Part shown: positions 24,201-37,861 of the stretch, one piece after another
Numbering within the stretch: position 1 is the first letter of the stretch
How the letters are laid out: every line of letters starts with the position of its first letter
DNA from: Botryllus schlosseri
Lineage: Eukaryota
Assembly (NCBI GenBank): GCA_051294905.1
Contig: CM119372.1
Location: 35,218,001-35,282,000, forward strand
DNA: 64,000 bases
Direction of reading: 5' to 3'
Position numbers and translations under genes: made by a program
The notes under the pieces: generated by a model
Seen by the model: only the letters and a program-made list of their open reading frames with translations
Databases searched by the model: none
Told to the model about the DNA's origin: nothing

Positions 24201-27200
24201 AGCGAAGCGATGAATCGCTCGTTGTCCACCGACGTCTCATGAGAAGAAACTATCTGTGTTGATCTGAAACAGTGTTTCCCAAAAAGTCAATAACAGCCAC
24301 TGATCCATGAAAATAGATAATGAAACTACAGACGGATGCCAAACACGTTGCTGCATGTTTGGTAGTCCGAATTGCACTAGCAATTTTGGTCGGTTCATAA
24401 ACAGGTGAGGCAATCTTGAAGCTGGCGACTGAATGGCAAAATTTATTAAATTCTGTCCAACACAAAAGCTATACAGTCGCTCTGAAACCTGATTATATAA
24501 GTTATAAGGTGTCTAGGGCACGGAGACCCCGAATTCACCCCTGAACCCGGAAATTGGCATTGTGTTGAACAATCGAAACGCCAAGCAGAGATTATGACTC
24601 TATTGAGAGTCTCTGTGAAACGGCGTTAAAAGTTCGGTGTCTTGTGACGTTCGAATTGTTAATGAAAATGCTAATTTATGGAGTTTGATTTTCAAGGAGT
24701 CTCAGTGCCTCGATCGGATTAAAATTCATATTTTCGGAAGTAAATATTATCGTTTGAGCACGATTTCATCAAAATTTAGACTCTGGTCGCCAGCTATAAT
24801 ATTACCATATCTATTGCGAAGCGACCAGAAACTTGTTTTGCACCTATCCGTAGGTTCATTATCGATAGTTTTACGTGACCGTGGTTCTGGCGCCGACTGC
24901 TGATCCAGTGTATCGGCTAAATTTGTTAGTTAAACGGCGACGGTGCTGAGCCTGCCGTTGAACCATTTCCATTATAGCCAGTGAGCTTCCAGCCCCAGCA
25001 ACGTTAGGTTTCGGTTATTGGCGAGGCTGTACTTCCTAAACTGCTTGCTTTGGTAGTTATCAGGCGTATCTTATTCGATTTTTAGTAAAATTATTTTTGT
25101 CATTCATGGAAACAGAAATTGAATACAAGCACGAATTATGTCGACCAGATGCGATCACAAAAATACAATTGCGCGATTGTCAGAAATTCGTATTTGGATT
25201 CGTGAAAGGAACTTGTGACCAGTATAGCATGGAATAAGGCCAAAAACGAAAACATTTTAGTGTGTGCCCCCTGACAATAAGGAACCCCAATCTGATTACA
25301 ATGTAATACGGTTATAACACTGGACAACAAACAAATTTCACCATGCTGGACAACAAACAAATTTCACCATGCTAAGTGAAAACGATTTTAGCGTAAATCG
25401 GGGGCGCTTGTCTCGAAAATGGCATTGGTTTTTGAAGATTGGCTCTCTTTTTCAAGATATCACCGAATTTGGACATTTTTTAAAATTTTATTTAAACTAG
25501 GTTACATTTTATCCTAACAGACTATAATAAATGTTTTAGTAGGTCCGTCTGTACTGAACCACGAGAATGTGAGAAATGTAAAACACAATTAGATCGGCGG
25601 AACGAAACTGTGCTGCATAAATCTATTATTTTCCGCATAGCGAACACAAAAATACCCCATTTATCAGTATTTTCATAGGATTCTCCTACTATATTGTCAT
25701 TTGTGGCTATTGTCGAAATAAACAAACAAGCAATAATTTTGTTTACCAATGAGCATTCATATCTTCTGGTAGAAATAAATCAATATCGGGATGTGCATAA
25801 TTTATGTTCTTAGATGCAACTCATGTTATTAACTCAATCTAGCTTGAAGTCATCTGCAAGAAATTCCTCCTGTACGATTTAGATTGGGACAGATTCGCAA
25901 TAGGCAGCCGGCCGTAATCAGTCATAATGTGAGTATCCCATCTATCGTGATATTTCTCTTCCATTTATTTGATTTATAGGAGAAATCTTCCACTCGTTCC
26001 CAACTCATATTTCCCGTTTGTATTAGGAAGCGATTCCAAGTATAGGTATTTCTATGCGGGCGGCGCATCATTTTCTCCGCTGCTCGCATCTGTACTGTGG
26101 GGCTCAGATTGCAAAGGGCACTACGACAATATTAAAATCGTAAAATGAGGTCTCGTTGAATCGCGCCTAGAGCGAATAAAATTTCGAAAATGATTAAAAT
26201 ATATCAAAAATTTAGGAGGCAATTCGTAAATTGAAATTTTCTTGTCGACTGCCGCCAACGCATACCAATTGAATTAATTGTCCATGTCCACGGCCGCAAA
26301 AACGTTCTTCTTCGGCCACAGGTTGGCCACCCCTGTACTAGAGAGTAACATTTTGAGGGTTTTGTTCGTAATTAAATATGTTTAACATGGTATTCATGTA
26401 ATTTTACGGTAGTGTCTGCTCTTACGGTAGAGTGCTGAGTCGAGGTAAAATTGATTTGCCCAGATAAACATATATAGGCTAATTTCGCGCCGAAGGCCGT
26501 GGATTAACCAACCACGCCAACTCGAATGCTATTCTTCTCTTCGACATGATCCAAAGATGAAGCGTTTTGTAGTAGAACCAAGCATCTTGTCTAGCTATCT
26601 TGCTCATTTCCCACTGTTACCAGACGTATTGCCTGTTACGAGTACAATGCGCCGCACGAAAACACCTGACAACGCATCGATACCTGACTATCCACAAAAT
26701 TAGTGAATCGAAAACGAATGATCGCACGAATTGCGCGGTTTTGCAAGTTGCTCGTATGTCGTCAGCAAGGTATAAAATCCTAATGTACCTCGCGGACCGG
26801 CAGAAAAGTCGTCGCGGACCGGCGGTTGAGAACCACTGCACTAGAACACACTTTACTACGTGCCATTGCTGTGTACAGCATTAAAATTCTGATTCGGTGT
26901 TTTAGCAGTAGCACTGTACTCGTTAACATTAAGCCATACAGCTCAATTCAATTTTTAAATGTGCGATTATTATTCAACTGTAACTGTAGTGAGAGCAATA
27001 TGGGTGGATATAACGACGTGATCAATAGAAATTCGATTTGTACCAAATGGCCAATGGTTTGACGTTTGATATTGGTGCACTCGTTGCGAGTCTATCCGGT
27101 GTCGATCAAGTTTATCTGAATATAATATTTTCCGAATGAAACAAATCGAATAATCGAATTAAACACTGTGCCATGCACATTGCGCCATGCCCATAACGAA

Positions 27201-29634
27201 TTAAACTATGCAGTATGCACATTGCACATTTACAAGTCACAGTGCGCGATAATCCGGGAATACTAGAGTATCAAGCAGACAGTAAGAATGAGTTAACGAA
27301 ACAGATGACTACAAATTGGAAATCGCGCATCAAATCAGTAATTTGTCTCCAACAGAAAATACCATGGGGTTTTGGGCTACTCTTCTGCCATCCCCTGTTT
27401 ACGCTCGAAAATCCTTACTGGAGTGAATGACGATGATGCGCAGTAATGAATTCCAATTAGCATGCATAATTGCATACTCAATAACACTGTCCAATTTCGC
27501 GGCCCGATTAAAGAACTATCACGAAAGAACGAGTATTTGCTCAACCGATTCATAGCAACGATAAGATGGAATTTCTCGCTCGTGCTCGTCATATCGACTT
27601 GTGCAACGAAATGACGTTTTTATCCTCTCTCCCATTTCGCGTAATACAGGGTGATCATTATTTTCGAACCGTATACAATTGGCCAACAAGGTTGTGCTGA
27701 TGATGATATTGCGAGTATGCCGAATACCCACAATATTCACAGGCATATTTCGCATAACGAGGTTCGGCACTCATGTGTGAAAATTGAACTTTGAACATAT
27801 GACTGCTCTGCTGTTTAATCTCCAGGAACATGGTTAGTCGGAAAAGGTAGCGCCAAAGAGGAAAAGATTCTTAATTTCGCGAAGGCCTGCTATTGAATTA
27901 TGTGAACTCAGCAGATATGGTTGTTGCATATATAATAGCACCTTATGAAATACGTCGGAGCCGGAGTTGCCCCTCAAATAACTGGTTACAGCTCCGGCTC
28001 CGGCTCCGGTCTCTGGCTCCGGCTCCAAAGCCATGGCCATGACTCCTTGTTTCTGTTCCAAACTTACATCTCATTCATGTAAAAATATCAATCATCATGT
28101 TGGCTCTTTGGCAAGCCAAACACTACGGGGATTACAAATTTCATCATTTAGACTTTACCTTGAGTCCATAAGCGCGAAGTTTCAGCCTAATGCTGGCGGA
28201 ACGTTTGCGGTGCCCAGCGTCTATTTTGATCTCTCAACGTCATGCCAAAGTACTCCTTGTAAGTGCACTTGGTGATATTTCACCTATTGAATCGCCTCAT
28301 GTTCTACGTGTTCTCGTAACATACGTAGCAAAACAAATATCTAGGTAATTACGACATTTTCTTTCTAGTTATCATTCAATTTTTAAGATACTTATTAAAA
28401 CAGCCATGAATTGAAAATTGCTGAAAATGATAGCAAGGAACAGTATCTAATATTAAAAAGCGTAGGAAAGCGTGTTACATTTGAGCCCATTAATCATCGG
28501 TGATGAGATAAGTGTCATTTGACTCTTTCTGTAGCTTAAATGAGGGGAGGTCGTGTTAATTGACGTAATCTGTCGTAAAAAGAGTCTCTAAATGATAATT
28601 TTCAGGAATAAACTAACTATTGCTTTATCAGTGCACCACAATGCACAAGTTAGTACTACACGGAAGAGGATATAAACTAATCTAAGCCCATATTCACCTC
28701 CTCAAGCGCGAGTTAACCTATATTACTCACAAACATACTACCTTTCATGGCATATGTGGGAAGACGCAATATCTGAAAAATAAAGCCAATTCGGCAAAAG
28801 TAATGCCATTTTTGGACACAGCGCCCCTGATACACCCCTAATCGACTTCACATATAATTATTTAAAATATATATATATATATATTTGTTGCCCTGAGTAA
28901 TCAATCACACCGTACCGCGTAGGTTAATGAAAGCTTAGCGGCTCGATATTGCCCATTAGCCGAACGAAGATTTGATTTATACGAAGTGCAGCGTTGGTAT
29001 AGCAATGACCATGTGGATCTATATCGAGTCGATTATGCGCTGATTATAGGTTACTGATATACCGTATACGGGGATGAGTCTCGTGACGCGACGCAGACGT
29101 GAGATAGATTAGGACTTGCTCAGGCTTTTAAGTTGGATGGCGTTGGGAAGTCTTACGAGCAAGCGCGCGAATGTAACTTTCAGCGATGGGACTGCTTCGA
29201 ATAATACCCGTTTCACGGAAATTATAGGTGAACAGATCACCACGTTAGTATGGTGTTCAGGAGGGTTTAGAAAAAGTCATTTCAAGGCAAATTTTATGCA
29301 GCCGGTAGCGTATGAGCAATGATGTGTAGTTGACGAGGCAATTTAATGCATTGTCTATTTCTATTAATAGATCTTGATTTCGGAGTATCAAAGTGAAGGT
29401 TCGAAACGTATTTATTTCTGGACGATGGTGGAGTAACATTTCCATTTTCGTTGAGAGCAGCTGGAACGTCCTGAAAATATGCACAGGAACAATGTATAGT
29501 TCAAATTGACCACTGAGTCACGCCACCGGTTGCAAAATTAGGTCAGAGCACAATTATGAGCGCAGCTGTTTTCTATTCGGTGATGTATCGTCTTGGCTGT
29601 TCATCGCGACTCATAACTGGTTTTTACGGTGCAG

Positions 29635-32600
29635 ATGAATTACACTACAAATCCTTTTTCTTTTGATCCTACTGATGCTGTCATCGATGGTGCTTCGTCC
29701 TGGAAAAGACACGTGCTGATAACCTACTTGCTATTCGTTTCGGTGCCAGGAATCGTTCTGAATGGTACCATCGTTTTCGTTCATATGAGCAAATACGAGG
29801 TGGGTACGACAATCTATTGTCGTTTACTCGAGTAATATTTCAAGAGTGACCGTCAGTGCTCGGATTCACCCGGTTCGAATCCACAGTACTGTCTCACTAG
29901 ATATTACGAGATAAGCGAACCGGGTCTATGCGATAAAACCGACACACAAAAATATTGAATTCAACCACTGGTTGTCGTTACTCGACGGCACAATTTGCGT
30001 TGGCATATTTTGGAAAGAGATATGTTTTCGTTATCTCTGAAAATGGGATTTTTCGGCCTTTCAAGACGTCCAATTTCCAATGATATCCTTGGCATGGGAC
30101 GTCAATGAAGTACGGAATAGAATTGGAGGGAAATATTTTATCACATCAACACAATAACAGCTGAATAACTATATTAATTTGCACAAATTTTTAACTCGGT
30201 CTCAAAGGCGTTTGAAAGTGATATTCTTTCTTAGCAGGGTTATTTGGTCTCTAGGAGTAAATATTTTGTCTTTAGTGGGGTTAAAAATATGAGAATTACA
30301 GAGTTGGTAATTCGTAGTCATTCCGTCAAGGTACAATAAAATGCAAAAGAAAATCTTATCAGCTGGCCCTGTAGATCTCCAGTAGATCTCCTAATTACAT
30401 TGTTGTTTATACATGTACTGCAAATCACATTTAGAGGTACTCACACAATGGAGAATGGACATCGAACGATACCCGAATGATGTTTGACTATTCATATTTA
30501 TGATCAGGTGAAGCATTTGCCTCACCTACGTAAAGATGTTTTTTTTTATATATTTTCAGCCAACCAATCGGAACAAAAAACCTATGACGTTGCTTATCAT
30601 CAATCTCTGCTTTGCCAACTTACTGAGTGCCATGGTGAGCGTCATCATGATTGTGCCCATTAACACAGGAAGTCTCGATACGACTGATCTCACCTGTGAA
30701 ATTTTCGTCCTCGTTCAAGGCGTCCTAGGTAAGTTGGCCGAATGCTGAAGTCATAAAGCAACTTCGTTTTCTGAGTAACCAATTATTCCCATGTCGATAA
30801 GCATTCTATATTGGCAAATGTGCAAATAATAACGTGGTAATCTAAAATCAATGTTGAAAGCATTCACTGTTAGCAACATGCTTGGAGGGCTTTGTAAAAG
30901 ATCCAGAGGTATTTAGTAGTGAATTATCATTTACCCCGACATTTTTAAAGGCTGAAGTGCATTTGTTTTCTGCTTGCCCCACCCGACTGGTGACAGTTTC
31001 GGACTAGTTAAAATTCTACTGTAGCAGTTTCAAAAAGTCAGATTACCAGCCTATTTTACTTCACAGTTTCTCAACTGAACGCGGAAAACGTTATATTATA
31101 TATCACTTTATGAGTGACGTTTTAATAAAAGTCGGTCGACATAGCTCTCTTGTCACCGTAGCGGAAATGATTTTCGAGAATAGCAACTATTTCCGGCGCA
31201 ATGTAGTCGTACTGCGATGGTGCCAAGAATGCAAAGAATTTCCACCAAATATGTTATTATGACGCGAAAAATTGTAATGTATATCTAAGGTTTCCAGTGC
31301 AGAACCTACCAAGGTTCGTTTGTGAACGTGAGCCTCTAAATGTCTGAGGTTGACGCACAGAACGCGAACGTGAACGTCACGTTCACACCATCCCTAATAA
31401 ATATCTCTGGTATTCCTCTCTTACCAGAAATATCTTTGACTTCTACGCAGAAAGCAACGAAGTACTAATCTTTCGAGATAAAGCGTTCTTATGTAGATTC
31501 GTCCATATATGTAGCCTATGTTTAAAATTTTTGACTATGGCACTCAGCAGCAATGGCGTCGTGCAACAAACCTGGGCGTTGTGAGTCTATTTTTCTACAT
31601 TGATCCATTACAGTGGCCTGTCCGTTAGCAATACGTATTCACGACATAGGAGCTGTCGAGTAGGAATGCTATGTCTACGGGCACATTGTTCCGTCGTGCT
31701 ATATTCTTCAAATAGAACCCCTGTTAGTTTTGACTTTTCTACTTCTACACGGGGAGGTTAGTAACGAAGTACATCTTCCTTTTTCGATATAGAACCTACG
31801 TGAGTCGGTTTTTCCTATGCTTGCACTACATTAATGGCTATATTTTTATAGTACTTCAACTTTTACTTGAACTTTTTCTAGGAATAACTACGTACTTTTG
31901 ACATTTAAGCTACACGAAATAGACATTAGTCTCGTGATGAGTTAGCACTACTGAAATAGCTTAAAATCGTCAATATAGAACTTTGTAAAATTAACACTGT
32001 ACCGTTGTAACTGACTAAATATCTCTTCTAATATTGCACCTGTTTATTCATCCGGAGTAATCACAAAATAAATGTTTTGATTTTGAAACGTCTTACGACT
32101 ACTCATCGATGTAGTCTCCAAACATTAGATTGTTTACTTCCACGTGACGTAGTTTTGACATGTCTTGGAAATGGACACTGCTAGTTACAAATCAGTTTTT
32201 TTCGACAACGCTAGTTTCATCTTAGTTTTGAGTCGGATTTCGTCTCTTGCTCTCACCGTGATGGGAAATTGCATTTCAAGGTATTTGAAGAGGACATGTT
32301 AAAGGTTCACTGCGCTCTAAAAATGATGTGGTCTCAAATTGAAGCGCAGATAGGAAAATTTATTTTGGACGCAGCCATCTTCTGCAGAAAGCCACCGTAA
32401 TGGAGCTGCAATTAAATGTTTAAATTATGCTATTTCGCGAACATTTTCACGGTGATGATTCCGAGCTGAAGCACCAAGAACCGCATGCACTTTCAAGCTA
32501 GCTTTGTTGCATCTCTCATTGATTTCTGCTCAGAGAATTATCTCAAAGCTAAGATTTTATTGAATTTCGGAGCCGAGATCAAGAGGGAAGTTATCCCAGC

Positions 32601-35600
32601 TTGAAAACCGTTTTCAAACATACGCCACTCTGTTTCGATCAAATTTACTTTGTGAGCACTTATCGGTAAAATGATCCGAATAAACATAAAAATTTATTGA
32701 CTGATGGTGACCTCAAGCAGCTACAACATACTGCATCCTCCGCGATTTCCCCTCGATTTAAGGAGCTTTTTAAGGCTCAAAGCGAACGCCAAGGGGAACA
32801 ATAAATTGATTTGTGTGATTTTGTTGGAACATGCTTTCGTGCTAAAAATCTCCATTCCTAATACTTTAGTATTCTCAATCGGCTCCATACACACTCTGAA
32901 GTTTGAAATTTGGCCAGGTAACGCAAACGTTTGGGAACCACTGGTTTCGAACCTTCCAAGGTTAGTTCGCGAGAGAATATTGAGATTTGCTTACCGAAAA
33001 CAAACGTGTACACGATCCCTAATTGGCATGCTCTGATTGTTTACTAATCGAAATAATTCGAATGACTGAATCACCTTGTCCACCAAAATCGTATATTTCA
33101 GGTGGAACTTGCTTATTCTCAATGGTTACATTGTCTGTCGCACACTACATCATTATATGCAAGAACATGCAGATTGAATTTTCACAAATGTGTGCTTTTG
33201 CAGGTATGCATTCACAGCATGTTAAATGTTCGGTTACCTGGGATAGTCTTATTTGGAGACATCTGAATTCCCTAAAATTGTATGTCAAATATACTTTGTG
33301 TCAACTCCCATCCATGCTGCATGCAGGTTTTGCAATAATCGTGATTGCCTTACCCTAAACTCCTTCTTTGTGGGGACAAGCTGAAATGCGGCACAGTTCA
33401 TTTCGTAAATCAACAATAAGTGGGATATGTTTTAGCAAGTTTTCTAACTTATTTTCTTTTTCGCTCTTCGTATCACTGCATTTCTTGGTGTCAATATGGC
33501 AATCCTTATGTCCGGAAAAATGATAGTAAACGAGAATAAAAACATGAAACATGGGCATAGTTGACAGAAATAAGTTCAACCTTTCTGGAAATTACGATAC
33601 ATCGACATACGGCAATATACTACAGTGTAAAACCGGGGAATCTGTTTAGCCGCTTTAGTGTAGGAGTGTGAGGCATACAGGTGCGGAATTATTGGGCAAC
33701 GAAAATACTTCGTCGACCTATTACGCGCCAGTGGACAGTGCACGGGTAACACCCGATCGATATCGTCGAGCACAAAGCATTCGCGTGATGGATGTGTTTC
33801 GACGAACGTGGCTGATGAACGCGGCTGATGAACGCGGCTGAGCACAGCACGGCGCTAGATGATTTGGCGAACATGCTACTCTGCAGAGGCCGGTGTCCAA
33901 AATTAGGCGGCTATAACACCAGATAAGGCCGACGAATGTTAGCCGAAACATTAGATATCGAAATGTCAGACATCGATATAGCCGGCAAGCGTCCTTGCTA
34001 ACTGAGACCCGCGGTAAAAATATGGCTCGAAAAGGAAATATGCCATCGGTTGCGAAAAAGGAAATTTTGATCGCGTTGATTCCAAGAAAAGAGTATTTCT
34101 CTTAGTCCGGTTTGGTGCTGACGAGTTTTGACAATATATTTTGAGTAGGAATACGATGTAACGACACGTTTGGACACAGTAATAAATACCAATTTACCCG
34201 CCCGAAGCCACTCCACGAGAACCTCGTCAATGGTCTTAACCCGGCGACATGAAAATGACTTGAACTGTGTAATTACGAGGTCTGAATGGTCGAAGACACC
34301 GTATCCATCAGTCCTACCATACTGATCCCACATATGCAAAATATGCCAGAGTCAAGGTTATTGACCAAACTCATTACAAAAATTTCGCATTGTATGATTT
34401 AAAGTTAAAGGCACACCAACACTCATTTTAAGGAGATAGGCTACACCTCCAATTTGAAAATCACTCATGCATCCATAAATTTGAACTTAATAGAAAACTC
34501 TTTCTGCAGTTTGAACTCGATATGCTTTGGTAATTCTTTTAACGTTGGTAAGCGTATGGAAACCACCGACGATTTTTCTACTTCTATTGTGTTTCCGTGA
34601 TTTTTTAAACAAATTTTGACGAACATTGCCGTGACAACTTTTTATTCGCGATGCTCCTTAGGAATCAAATCATTCTAAAGAAAAAGATGGAATCAACAAC
34701 GGGTAGCATGTGATTTTTTTTCATTTATTTCAAGAAATTGGAAACACTGTTCATAATTACTTTGACGTACCCAAATGGATGCTCCCTTATTGATACGCAC
34801 ACAAAAATCTTTTCATGTTGTTCATTACCCTAAAATATGTCAACCTACAAATTATCAAGTTAATCAGATGAATTTTTCATCTTAAAGAATAATTTAAGGT
34901 ATGACAATTTAAAGTTTCGAGAAAAAGCAATTTTCATTCCGTAACATGTAAAAGTCACAGTATTACCTTGCAAACATCGATAACGACACAGTTTTAACAC
35001 TAAAGCCCCCGCACCCACCCTAGAAGGATGTACCCATTCTGCCTAGGATCTGCATGTACATGTCAGTCATGAACTTACCTAGATCTTGGATACACTTGGC
35101 TAATGATACAAGATTCGGACAGATTGCCAACATTATGTCCCAGGACAAATGGCAGCAGATGTAAGCCTCCTGCATTTCGATGATAGTAGAAATATTCATT
35201 CAATAGATGATCCCGATATAGGCAAAGGTTTCAAAATGCAGTAAATTATCATCTACTTACAAATTTTCAAAATTTGGATCGATAGCAATTCAACCACTTC
35301 AATTTATGCCACAGGCCGTAGTCAATATTTTTCGAATAGATTGGCGGCGGCAATAGTCGCATATTCAAAACGCATTAGGGTCAAAGCTTAATGCTTATGC
35401 ACTTTAGGTCGCGGCAAGATCTATTTTCCCCGTAAGGCTGTAGTGACTGTCGTCCTAAAGTGCATGAGCCCGAGTCGATTAGTTTATCCGTCGACAGCAA
35501 ACAAATTTCGTCAAATTTGTCACAGGTAGGCGTTTCCAATCCATAAAAGCTTCGGGTAAATGAAATATGACATCTAATAGAACAAATATAAAAAATGGAT

Positions 35601-37861
35601 TTTTGAAAGTTTTCCAATTCAAGGGATAGCCTAACCCCTAAAGCCGCACTCATTAAGGTGCAATAATGTTACACAATGAGTAAGATATTGTTAAACTGAC
35701 CACAACAATTTAATTGCTTTTCATCAGTAAATTTTACTGAACAGCTCCTTAATCACACCATGCATGATATTATAGGCTACGGATTACCGTTCACTTATTC
35801 GAGCCGACTCGTATCGCCCACCGACTTATTCATGATCGATCACCAATGTTGGGTAGTCTATACCTAAAGCGAGTTGCGAGGTGAACTCGGAATTGATCCA
35901 ATCAATAGTGGAGAATTATGATTGCGAGCTACGTGATACCATGATTCACTTCGCTACGAAAAGGGTATGTGTGTGTGTGTGTGTGTGTGTTTGCGAATAC
36001 TGTGCAAAATGGGTGGTGATAAAATTCCATGTAGAAATATGAAGATCACAATTACGAGAACCGAGACTATCTATCGTTTTTATGGGGAAGATATGGTAAA
36101 GTGCTGCGATGGCGCTACTCAATCATTTGTATATATAGCCTTTCGGCATGGCCGTCGCAGACAAAACTAGTGACATGAATAAGGGTAATAGTGACCAAAT
36201 TATTTCCAGCTATCATTTTTACCTGGATTTGGTCTGGGGTGTGGAACACTGTGTTGGTGATCAGCGACGGATATGGCCCCGATAAATTGCATTCGTTTTG
36301 CGGCATCGTATGGAATTCACCTGACAAATACTACGTTCAATATTGCCTCTACTTGACCTGCTGCTTTGCAGCGCCGTTAACTATATTGGTCTTCTGCTAC
36401 AGCGCGATCCTATTACGTGTTCGAAAAGTGAGTTATACATAGCAGATTTTATGTTTTTAGTCCCTTTATAAATATATACTAATAATGTTCATTATCCGCT
36501 GCCTCACACGTGGAAGAAAACGACTATTAATTTCTGCCAAAACGAATGTATATTATATTCGACAAAGCTAAGTAGAAATTTTGTTTTCGGCCCTAATGTG
36601 ATTTTCGTCATTTCTATGCACAATCCACGCACCGTGTAGCTGAGGGGTAGGCTATGACTTATTTTTAGGGAATCTCGCGAAGTGATGGCTAAACGTTCGT
36701 GAATCGATTCTTCTGTTTCGGGAACGATGATGATGATGGCTATCCTGAACTCGAAATAGCAATATCTGAATAAACCGCGTGTCAGTTAGGAAATTGAAAC
36801 TGAATTAATAGCGGTCATCTAGCATCTCCACTGTTAGGCCACTTTGCTGCTATTCAATTTCATACAACATTGAAAGCAGTTAGATGCTTTGATTTTCACG
36901 TTTAACCCTCGCGCGGGCTATGTTGCAGTGTCGAGGCGAGGACAATTAGGGCTTTCAATCAACTCATTTAATGTATTAAGCAGGCGAAGAGACCTTCCGA
37001 CTCGAAAACACCGACAGCACTGTTGCGGACGATGAAATCAGTTTTTGCGATCATGCTGGCATTTGTTATTTGCTGGTTTCCGTACGCTGTCATCGCTATA
37101 TTAGAGATAATGATACGGCAAGACAAAGTGCGACTCATTGGTTACTTCTGACAAATAGCATACAATTTAAAATCGAAATATTTAGAACTCATACCCGGAT
37201 ATGTTCGCTTTCTTGGCGGCCAAAACCTCGTACCTTTCATGCCCGATGATCTACGTCATGCAGAATCGCAATGTAAGCCTGATACCATTGCACTTAGCGG
37301 CTTTGAGATGAACCTCGATTGCTAAGGATTTGAATGAGAAGTTTATATACATCGTGTAGCCCACGTATTCAATTTATAGATAAGTTTATGTTCGTATATA
37401 TCCCGTCTCTCAACAAAATACTAAAAGGAAAATTTCAATAATAGACTCCCTAAAGCAGTGGTGGTTAAAATCGTGATTTGTAGTACTTGAATCGAGTTAA
37501 AAGTAGTGCTGTCAATTTCGAGTAAATCTCAAGTAAAAGTGGCTATTCTTAGGACATACCAAATTCCAAGTAGGTATATCAAGCGCAAAGTACTTGGTGA
37601 GAGGGGCCTCTCGGCAAATAGTGGACGTCTACAGCAGACAGTGCTTGAGATTAAACGCAACGGGAGAATTATCGTACATAGGACAACATATACATTTTAC
37701 ATATGTGGGCAATTTTAAGTTAACGAATCGAATATATTCTCATTTCCTTTCAGATGAGAAAGGAAGTAATGGCAGTATTAAATCGATACATAGCTTGTTT
37801 CACACCAAAGCAGGAAAAGAAGGCATGTGCAGTGACGGTCATAGAAAACACCGCTTTTTGA
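29635..37861 (+). CDS. Divergent ciliary-type opsin, paralog B (7 coding exons, 330 aa, 7TM class A GPCR)
   Basis: Exons 29635-29799, 30560-30728, 33102-33203, 36210-36427, 36984-37127, 37186-37272 and 37754-37861 sum to 993 nt, open frame. Features: N-terminal NYT sequon, TM1 Asn, Cys110/Cys187 equivalents, CWFPY, Lys296 (37222-37224). Introns fall at rhodopsin-equivalent codons 121 (phase 1), 232 and 312 (phase 0). Confidence 0.92.
31290..31396. mobile_element. Right end of the TAGGGATGGT family element in opsin B intron 2
   Basis: Aligns with 11485-11585 and ends GTTCACACCATCCCTA. Confidence 0.7.
35045..35262 (+). pseudogene. piggyBac-type transposase relic in opsin B intron 3
   Basis: Manual translation ICMYMSVMNLPRSWIHLANDTRFGQIANIMSQDKWQQM*/LLHFDD..DPDIGKGFKM resembles the piggyBac LP..YW..MSR.R..LHF.D..D.L.K.RP segment. 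It has stops and a frameshift. Confidence 0.6.
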
